This document shows positions 11,801 through 22,900 of a stretch of 29,383 nucleotides of DNA, piece by piece. Both the position numbers and the translations under genes were made by a program. A model generated the notes under the pieces. The model saw only the letters and a program-made list of their open reading frames with translations. It did not search any database and had not been told where the DNA came from. How positions within the stretch are numbered: the first letter of the stretch is position 1; the number at the start of each line of letters is the position of its first letter. The stretch is from Paraspadella gotoi (lineage: Eukaryota > Animalia > Chaetognatha): NCBI GenBank assembly GCA_051294375.1, contig CM119268.1, positions 5,206,615 to 5,235,997 on the forward strand, in the 5' to 3' direction.

Positions 11801-14800
11801 ATGTAATTTTTCTCCCTCCGGAGAGGAGAAGAAGAGAAGAGAGATGAGGAGTAACGATAGACGAGATTGAGATATATTTAGAGTAGATGTAAGTTAGTTT
11901 TTAGGGATTGATAAGAGAGAGTAGTAGAGAGATGAAGAGATAGAGATCGAGAGAGGTGAGAGAGAAATACATTACCTGCGCGACAAATGGGTCGTACGTA
12001 AAGACCATGGAAATAAGAGACGCTCGAAATGCGTGAGAGTCCTAAAAATGGGCAATGAATTATCATATATTCGATTTGGATATATTTTCAATCGTTTAAG
12101 TGCTATTGTGATCCGTTTTAATATATTGTGAAGGGTAAGAATTAATTATTTATTTATGAATAATTATGAAATAAAATCTGTCTTATACATAATATTTTTT
12201 AAATTTTATAATTTATAAACTATAATTTAAAAATATGCTCTTGCAGTCTTAAATGGAAAATACTTATTTCTTTTGTTGAACAAACTATATTTATATAACG
12301 TGATCTCGAAGTGTAGCTAAATGTTATGAACGAAATTTAATTTGGCTAAAAAAAAAACATAAAATAACTTTTTTCTGCGTAACAATTCGTTTGGTTTAAG
12401 AGGAAAGTATAAAAAGACATGAGTTTTTTGATTTAAAAAACATTTGAAGAAAGGTACTAAAAAGCCATTATAAAGTTATAAAAACTATTAAGTAAAAAGA
12501 CGTAACAAAAACATTAGAAAAGTTAATAGAAAATCAAGTCATCAAAATATCGTCTGTCCCACGTGATTGACATTGAGACTCTCGTTACATGTATCTTGCG
12601 TCTACTCTAGCTCGCTTTTGTTCTCTCTGCGTCTCTCTGTCGAACTAAAAACTCGCTGGTTCTCTCGTCTCTCTCTCTCGTCTCTCTCTACCGCATACAC
12701 GTGTGATTGTGATTCGAATAATTCACACCACATGGGCATCTTTGTGGAATAATACTTGCGGAATAGAAACTATTGGCGTGTTCCAGGGCGTTGGGAAGAC
12801 TTAGAGATTTGCGAGGATCAATGAACACAGAGAGAGAATGAGAAGAGCAGACTATAGAAAAGAGAGAGAAAGAAAGAAAGAAGGGAAAAGAACGCAAATA
12901 TGAGAAGAAATAAGGAAAGATGGAAAGAAAGAGGAGAGGGAGGAAAAGGGATAGGAGAGGAGAAGGCGAGAGATAGAAAGAATAACAGTGCGGAAAAATA
13001 GAAGAAAAGAATAAAGATGGGAAATACGAAAAAAAGAAATCTAAAGAATTTTGAAGACATTGACGCCTAAGGAGGACGGAACGGTACGGAGAAGCATGTG
13101 CCACTGGGAATGAGACGCATCATAATTAGTTGAGAGGAAAGGAGAGAAGAGGATGAGAGCGAGAAGAGAGTAGAGAGAAAGAGAGAGAGGAAGAGAAAGT
13201 ACGTAGAGCGAGAGGAGATGAATAGGAGCAAAGATACTAAATCTGTCGTCATACACTACCATATTCAGAAGGGAGAAAATGTTATAGATTAGTCGCAGAA
13301 AATTTGATATGAATGAGTAAGAGTGAATGCCGCTCATGGAGACGAATGCAATGCTCTCGATCGCTGAGAACAAGAAAAGTAAATAGGAGTCGCTTTTGAG
13401 AAATAGAGTATATAAAACAAATGTTTTGGTAAGATTCGAATCTGTCCATTCCTAATATCGTGTATCCTTAGTCGGTCGGTCTCGTAATATGGTGGAATCT
13501 CGAGATCACCTCTCGGCGTGGATGTCAAAACGTCAAAACGAAAATTCTCATTAACATAAAACCTCCCTCCGGGAATTCGGCGGGGTTAAGAGTCCGTTCT
13601 ATTTTCTTATATGGCGGAGGAATTCGAGTCGATCGTCTGTTCGAGCATTCGTCGTCCAATGCGTCTTCGTCATTATTTTTACACGTAAATGAGACGTCGT
13701 AATTCCGGCCATTATCTTTGTCCTCGAGTGGACTTAGTGAAACAGGGCATTGTGGTGGTTTTAAGGCCGTTCCAGTCAAAACTGCTTATCTAAAGATAAT
13801 AATACAAGTTAGCAGGTCCCTGCAAGCTTATAATCATAGACTCTCCTCACAGATTCCCTGTTTATTACACTAACTCTCTCCTGCAAAAAATAGCTGTCAT
13901 ATGAGAATTTAAGCTTCCCTAAAATACAAATGGAAAATGTCGGAAAATATTTCAAAGAAATGTTTTCAATTGTAATGGAAGAGAATCCCGTCCATCTCTC
14001 AACTTAAGTATTTAGTATTCACGAGAGGGGCGCCGGGAGAGTTACTCTACCTTGAGAGTACACTTGTACCACTCACTGCATCAATCGAAAAAGAGAATTC
14101 GCAAGGTATTATCTGATAAACTTGAATGAGAATTAGAAATCAGTCGCGTGTGTTCCTATGACACTTTGATATGGTATCCGTATATATATGGGGATGATAA
14201 TGAAGGACGAAGAGAAATAGCACATGTTCCGAAGAGTCCATGACTACTTGTGTAGTGTGCTTTCTCTATTGGTATAATCAGAGAGGGGATGACTGAAACC
14301 GATTATAACATCATTTTTCCGCTTATACATGTCACACTGATATTAATTCGACATCGTGCACCTACACATAATCTGTGATCGAAATTACACAACACTTTCT
14401 GAACTAGCGAATCATCTTCAACGCAGGAATTTCACTTTTCACTCTCCATTTGTTTTCAGCGAGGTCACGTTCACCTCTCTCACTAGTCTATATTCTAACA
14501 CAGACAATATTTCTCTGTCGCACTCGTCCGTCGTCGTCGCGTCGTCCAGTGAAGGAGAAAATAGGATTCACAATCGAAAAAGGAAAGAATGCGCGGAACA
14601 TGATCCGACACACCTTGAAGAGAGAGAGAGCGAATGTTTCTGCTCAAAATGGATCGAATGAAATTCAAAAATTTCTGAGACTCGGAGAGTGCTTCACATA
14701 ATTCTTACCACTGTAACTTAAAAATGACAGAAAATTGGGAGAAGAGAGAGCCAGGGACGCACCGAGAAAGAGTCGACGAACGCAGTGGGAGGGAGAGAGA

Positions 14801-17800
14801 AGACAACTGAGATTATACACGAGAAGCAGATTCGGTGATTGAAGACAAACATTACGGTTCTACCCGATTAAATAAGGCCGAGTGTCTTCACACATCTCTC
14901 TCTTCACGTCTCATCCCGACTCTATCTTGCGCTTCTGAGGAGAATGGAGAGATGAGACGAGGACGAGAGAGAGGAGAGAGAGAGAGAGAACAGCGATCGA
15001 GAGGGCAGAGAGAGAGAAGAGAGTCAAGAGAGGTTCTGCGAGAGAAAATAATACAAATGTTATTAGGAATCGTAAATACTCCTTCCAGAGTACTTGACGA
15101 TAGATCTCTTTCTTCCTATTACTCTTTTCGAAGTTTCAGAGTACGTAAAAATAGAAAATCGAAAAAAAGTTATTTACGAAAAATATTTCTTTTTTATTTG
15201 AAGCTCATCGTAAGAGAAACTGATCGAGAGAGTTCATAAAAATAGTTATGCGAGATTATGGTGCGCAAGCCGGTACGTATTGTGTGAGGAGAATTTTTAG
15301 AAAGGGCGCTGCAGTGTGTGAAGCTAGTAAATTATGTTCACATAGGCCTTTTTGGCTCTACTCCATATTGTCTCTTAATTTACCTTGTTCAGCTTCCTAT
15401 GTGATGTACATGAAAGAGTTGTCCTTTTTTAATCTATGCAAAATTTATGTTGTGCTCATATTTCATTAAAATGCATAGGAGAATAATCGAAAGGGCGGCC
15501 CACCATTTTTTTGACAAAAATTTTAATTATCTGATTCTTTTTCCGGGCCCTAGCTAATAGTGGACTTTGGTTTTGGCCAATATAAGAAATTAAAAGAGCA
15601 AGAGAAAAATTTAATAAAGGGCATTTAGTCCTATTAAGACTTCTAATTAATTATAATAAATAAAATTCACATGTATGAGAAACCAAAAAATTCCCTGTCG
15701 TCGATAATTTTTTTCTCTGTGACAGTCAGGAACAAAGAAAAAGCACATTTCCTTATGTAAATAACGTAAATATATATGAGTTAACTAGAGAGACTAGGCT
15801 TAAATGGTAAATATATTTTGTCCTAAAGAAACACTTGAACTTTAGGAAACGTTAATCAAATAATTTTGTATCAGAAAAAGCTTTCCAGAGTGAGCAAGCT
15901 CAAATAGTTGTAGAAAAAGCGACGCGCACGATTCTAAACCCATCACATAAGTACTTTTGTTCTACTTAACTTTTTTGACAGAATTGTGAGAGTGAGCTCC
16001 TAATACCTATTTCAGAGTCGGACCTTCATAAAAAGCTGTTTCAATCTCACAAAATCATTAACTTTAATCCAAACCCTCTTAATTTCTCTTTGAATTAATT
16101 ATTAATATCGTGTAATTCGCCTTAATATTAATTCTTACATCCTAATATTATCCCTAACACCTCTAATCCAATTTATTGTTAAACTCGTTACAAAACTCTC
16201 GTAATTCCCTCCATCTTTAATCCTATCTCTAAAATTACCTTATAATTTATGTCGTGCGTTAATCTTGTAATATCTTGAATATTTAATCCTTACATCCTTA
16301 TCTCTCGCCACCTTAACTTCCTAACCTTAATCCTTATTTTATTCTTAACTTTAATCCTTATAACTCTGAGTAATGTCATTACTATTGACTCTAAACGCGT
16401 ATTTTTAATATCTTAAAGACTTATCTTACGATTTAGCTGAAATCACGGATGCTTTAGAGAATATATGTCCCATTATTCTTGACTATGATTGTATGATGTA
16501 TAACCCGGTAAAGGACTACGAAGAAAAAGGTAAGCTGTAATGGTAGGAGAGAGGAATTCGCGGAAGAAGGACAGAAAGATTACTGGATGATTTTGATAGG
16601 ATCTTCCTAATTATGGAAGCCCAATATATCACGAAAAGTTGAAATATACTTCCGGAGAGGGCACCATCAACATCTAGAACCAACCACGGTTCCCCCTAGA
16701 AAGCAAGCGGAGATGAGGAAAGTGCATCTATTCCCCGAGGAAGCTAAGGAAATCTGGCATCTGTCTGCTTTACCCCTTATACATTATCAACCATAAAAAA
16801 CAAATGTCCTCGGTAGTTTCACATCTCTTTTGAGCAAATACTCTAGTTTAACTAAATCCATCTGACGACCGTCTTGCGCTTGTTTTCTCTATAAGTGAGT
16901 AATAAATATACCAACTTCTGGTTTCGAGGTGTTGAAATCCCGAGGTCTATCTTATCTGAATATTGCTCGAGTGTACAGGAGTGGATTCGACACCAAGCCA
17001 CGACTGCAAATATCCACTAAAGCCCCATCGCTATCAATTGGGAGAGAAAGAGAGGACAGAGGCCCTTGCCACAGCGACGACCAAGCATTTGCCGAGACAG
17101 TCAAGATGGACTTTGCCGTCAGGAGAAAGGCGGCGCCGGCAGCGCCACCAAGCGCCCGGAAGCCACTAACGAAAGCCGAAGACGGTACATTGAACGTACT
17201 GGAATTCCAGACTTCGAAGTCTCAAAGGGGGCCTTCGCGGAAACACACGTTCGGCATAGAAGAAAACAGACCACAAAAACGCGACATGCGAAGCAGGTAT
17301 TTTATTTTAATACAAATGTGTTATGCATTGTTTCCACTCGTCAAAATATTTGACATTTTTATAAACAAATTATATCGTGATCTGACTATACATATACTTT
17401 TAACAACTTCATATATCACGAGAGCCAACCAGTCAGTAACAAATCTGTCTTAGACCGGTCTCAGGCGAAAAACGAGGCTAAAATCATATAACACCAAACC
17501 GCCTGCGACGAAAGTTCCCACCGAATGTGCCACCTGCGCAGCGATCCAAACTAGAGGGACACAACTGCACAACTCGAAATGCACAGGTAATGATGATGGC
17601 ATAATCCCGCACTATGATGAAGGAGACGTCGTGGAATAACCGGGAAAGACTATGCAAAGAATGCTGATCTATTGTGAGAATTGCCCGAGGCTCGGTGGGG
17701 AGATCTGCCGCGAACAACGTGACCCGCCCCTCACAGCCTCCGCCGAGCCACCCTCCACAACCTTTCAAACCTCATCCTTGTCCTAACACAAAACCCCGAG

Positions 17801-19241
17801 ATCCCCTATGCTGGACAAGCCAATTGAAAAAGGGTTGCTGTACCGCTCCCGGAGGAGTCCCTGCACATGTCGACGAAGTGAGCCGAAGCAACCCTCGTTA
17901 GCGGGCGGCGCCCAGCGAACCAACCACCACCACACTCAAAAACCGAGAAGCGGCGGGATGCGAATAACCGTAGACTTCCTGTGCGCAGTCGGCTTTCTCT
18001 CACATTCGTAGGCATTTCTCAGGCATGACTGTACTCGAAGCACGTTGCGACCCGATACGAAAAGTCGACATGATCAGCTCAGACCTCACACGCGCTCGCT
18101 CCTATCACCTCTGGAGCCCGCGAGCGAAAACTCGTAGGATCACTGGATTTCATTGAACTCTATAAAATCAGCTCATGTGCACTGAGGCGTAATGTGGGAC
18201 TTCAAGCGGGTCAGGAATGGCCGGACGGTTAGATATGCGGAGGGGATCACAGATTCAGTGGATTTGCCGAAGGCACACTGCGCGAAGCCAAAGAATTGGA
18301 GGGTCAGAGCAGAGCCCGCAGTCGACAGTCACACAGAGAGAGCAAATAGTGGGCTAGGCACGCAGTCATCAACAGCGAGCACCAGAAGAGTTGAGCACTC
18401 GTGCTCTCGAGAGAGGAGAAAGAAGAACAGGGCAGTCCATAGACGGAGGACTACGTTGCCCAGCATGCTGTCGAATGCCTTGGAATTCTCTCTCACAAGC
18501 CACTTTCCAGGCCATATAACTAACGGACGCCAGAGACGGACGGAGGCTTATACGTTCCTTGCGATTAAAACCCGAGGAGAGGTATGGTGGCACTATGAGG
18601 AAGCCTTGCATGACAGGAAAGTTGGAACTCGATGGCAAACATCCTAAAGCCTCATTGAATCTTCAGATTTCCAATATGGTTCGTCGACATCATCTTATTA
18701 ATTATTTACCTGGGTATCATAATTAGTATTGTACCCGGGTGAGAGGCCTATTCACTCTGTCTTTTATTTATTGTTATTTTCTTATCTATTAGTTATTAAG
18801 GTCTATTAGTATTGATGAGTTATTATATTATTATATCATTTAAGCCCAAGTAGTTAAGTGGTTTCTAGGGCCGCCTATGACGATCATCGAAAACGGGCTG
18901 GTTTTTTCAAGGGGGCTAATGAAGCCCATCTTGATTGGTCGATTCCGTTGTGTGAATTCGTTTTCCGGAATGAGAAGGTGAATCCGGCTTTCCGCGGATT
19001 CGTGCCCCAGTCGTTAGATCCGATTCTGTATTTTGGTTCCAATTCCATCTGCAATGTTTTGTTGTTGTTGTTGTTATATGTTATTGTATGATATCATTTA
19101 TTATATTATTGTTATTGTTGATGTATTGTATTATATTCATTATTATTATGATTGTGCTTTGATATTATTATATTATTATTGTTGATGATTATTATTTTTT
19201 TATTATTAATTATTATTATATATTATATTGTTATCATTATT

Positions 19242-19307
<66 letters not shown>

Positions 19308-19852
19308 TGGTTTGTTTTTTTTTAAAAGAAATAGCTATCTTGCCANNNNNNNNNNNNNNNNNNNNNNNNNCTATCTTGCCGCTGCCTTTGGACCGTCTAT
19401 TGTCGGTTAAGCCCTCCATCCCACTAACAAGATAATGACATAGTAGGTCACTGCAAGCTTTCAAGAAAGACTCACTCACAGTCTCGTTCATTCACTCACA
19501 GAATACTTGGCTTCGCTATCAATGAAGTGGTATAATAAACTGTTTCAAATGCATAAAAGAAACCACTTCCTTAAGTATTAGTTTTTGAAATACTATAATG
19601 TACTCCTAACTAACATCAAAATACAATTAAAATAGTTTGTTAAACATTATACCACTTTACTGATATGGAAGGCAGGCGCTCTAGGAATGAATAAACTAGA
19701 AAGTGAGTCTTGATTGAAACTTTGTCGGGAAGAAACATTCGTGAGGATTTATCATCAGTATTTTATTCATTTGAATATTTATTCATTGATAAATAAAACA
19801 TTATCTTATAGGCTATCTAAAGGCAGGGGAAAAAACATTTGAAATGTTGAAT

Positions 19853-19927
<75 letters not shown>

Positions 19928-22900
19928 CGAAGCAAAAATAGGTTTGACATACGGAGGTGGCAAATCCCACAACGACTCCAAGCTTCGATGCGAGTTTGAT
20001 GGCGACGTGATTCTGCCCGACCTGCCCGCCAATCTGGAGGAGTCTAAAAATGTCAATTTCATTAACCAACTTACTGATTAACTGATATACCAATTGATCT
20101 ATTAATTCAATGGTACTATTTTCTCAAAACGCCATATTTCCGTTTTTGTATCCATGAATCCTCAAATATAATCTTAACCCTTATATCCAATCTTAATTTT
20201 TTTTACCGAATGCTTAATTAAATCTTTAATTCTAATCCTTAACGATAGCTTAATTTCTAACCTAATCCTAAACTCCAAATTTTAATGCCCAACCCTAATA
20301 CCGAAAAAACTCATTTAATCCTAAATTAAAGCTGAAATGGGCTATTATTAGTATTAGTATTAAATCAACAAATGAGTCGATCTCGGAATATACAACAAAA
20401 TTTTTTTAAAAAATCTTCACATTAATAAAATAAAACACCGAATTAACTGATTAACCGATTAACAAATAAACGAAAATCATTAGGTTGTGCGTTCCATCCC
20501 GTCCGCCCTCGGTCCGGATTCTCGCCGCGCAGTTCCTCAAAAACTCCACCTTCTTTCGCTGGCGTCGCTCTCGTCTCTGGAAACCAAAGATGGCGGCAAC
20601 GAGGCGGTGGGCGAGGTTAATAAGGCGGAACAAGGTGAAAACTAAGAGTTCTGTCGTATGAATGATGTTTAAGTATAGTCCAGACATAACGCAAATTCAA
20701 ATTCATTCATAGTTTATAACGTAGAGGATTTTTTTTTTAAATATTTTGTAGGATATCGTATTTTTTCTTGATTTATTTATTTTATCACTTTTAATTCTGG
20801 AATCTGATAAATCTTTCAAAAAATAAATTAGCAAAAAAACTTTTAAAAGATGTAAAAATCTTTATGATAAATTTAAATGATAAAGTTTTGTAGAAATATT
20901 TAACGATAAAACGTTAACGATTAACGATAATGATTAACGATAATGATTAACCTCAGAGGTGAAGGGAATCAGCGCCTCGACGACGACGAGAATCGAAGAC
21001 GAACTAGATGACTACGACGACATTTTGAGAGATTTGAACGACATCACCGGTGAGTTGGGGGACGCGGATGGGGTAGGGGGGGTGGATGGTTGGGATGCTG
21101 GGGTAAGAGATGGTGTGGTGATGGAGGTAGACATTGTAGCCGTAGATATGGTTGGGAAAGCGGTGATGGAGGTGGGAGTTGGGGTCACTCTGTGGTCACT
21201 ACTCGGGTTGCACACTTTCTTTGGCCCTGTGGTCACTATCCAGGTTGCATACTTTCTTTCATTCTCACCTGGCCAAATATTAACTTTCCTCCATGTACAC
21301 CGACAGTCGATGATACAATCGCGAAAATATGAAAGGAAAAAGCATTTGATTGAAATTTTTGCTACGCGAAAAACAGCCCTTGACTTGCAAAATTGGAAAA
21401 TCGTCCGCACCGTTCTTTTTTCTTTAGATTGAGCCATATCTCTCTCTCTCTGCTCTCTCTCTCCCTCTCTCTCTCTCTCTACTCTACTCTCCTCNNNNNN
21501 NNNNNNNNNNNNNNNNNNNNNNNNNNNNNNNNNNNNNNNNNNNNNNNNNNNNNNNNNNNNNNNNNNNNNNNNNNNNNNNNNNNNNNNNNNNNNNNNNNNN
21601 NNNNNNNNNNNNNNNNNNNNNNNNNNNNNNNNNNNNNNNNNNNNNNNNNNNNNNNNNNNNNNNNNNNNNNNNNNNNNNNNNNNNNNNNNNNNNNNNNNNN
21701 NNNNNNNNNNNNNNNNNNNNNNNNNNNNNNNNNNNNNNNNNNNNNNNNNNNNNNNNNNNNNNNNNNNNNNNNNNNNNNNNNNNNNNNNNNNNNNNNNNNN
21801 NNNNNNNNNNNNNNNNNNNNNNNNNNNNNNNNNNNNNNNNNNNNNNNNNNNNNNNNNNNNNNNNNNNTCTCTCTCTCTCTCTCTCACATTCAGTGGCGCA
21901 ATGACGCAACAAAACCTTCGACGTTGGACAAAAGAGAAACTTGCAGAAATAACTGTATTGGAATCGCGAAGAGACATTCCCAACAGGTGGAACTATGATG
22001 GAATTGTTCGAGCTTTGATGCATCGTTTCTTTGATTCTTTGCTCCTTTAATCCTGTGATCATTCATTTAATTATTTGCTCCTTCAGTTGATTGATTTTTG
22101 ATCCTTTGATCCTTCACTTGATTTTTTTGCTCCTTCAATCATTTGCTTTATTTATCCTTTGATCTTTTACTACATTTTTTGCTTCTTCAATAATTTGATT
22201 TATTTATCCTTTGATCCTTTAAATCTTTGATCTTACTTCTACGATCTTCCAACCATTAATCCTTTAACATTTCAATTTATTGATCTTCCAATCTTCAATT
22301 TTTTGATCTTTTGATCCTTTGATGTTTCATTTCCGGGATTCCCTCTCCCGGGCCATCCTCGACTCCAACCTCATTTAATTCTGTCCGTACGTCCATCTTT
22401 AAACTGGGATCCCTCCGTCCGTCCAAGAATCGCGTCATCCGGCGATTTTTCTCGGCATCTCATCGAGGGCGGCGAATGGACGGCCGCGTTGACGCTACGC
22501 CATCAGAGAGAAGTTGGCGCGGAGGACGACGACGACGAGGACGACGACGGCGAAGAAGATAACGACGAAATGTTTCGTCAACTCAAATCTTTTTTTTATT
22601 ACGACGACGAGAGTCATTATTATTATCCCGGATTGCCTCGAAATAGTCGGCGAGTTAATGAACGATTGGCGAACGATTGATGAATGTAGGAATGATAAAT
22701 GAATGAATGGAACAATCGATGTATGAATTTTCAATGAGTGAATAAAATATTAGTTAGCAACTAGGGTGATAAACATTTAATAAACCTTTTTGAAGGACTT
22801 TTGAAGAGATAATTGGAAAAAATTATATATATGTGGCGAATTCACGGTCAACGTCGCCACCTCTTTTCCACGGCGCTGATAAAATCTCTAGGTGGCTTTG

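Noticed and set aside
11819-11846. Degraded SMRTbell adapter-like CGGAGAGGAGAAGAAGAGAAGAGAGAT
   Set aside because: It cannot be distinguished from the abundant GA-rich repeats in this genome.
8195-18647. Numerous 60-174 aa ORFs, including 16929-17453 and 18192-18647
   Set aside because: They lie in the error-rich duplicated block and have no recognisable domains.
21012-21440. Minus-strand mucin-like Ser/Thr/Pro ORF
   Set aside because: It is the antisense reading of a GT-rich intron of the SNTX-like gene, with no independent splice support.
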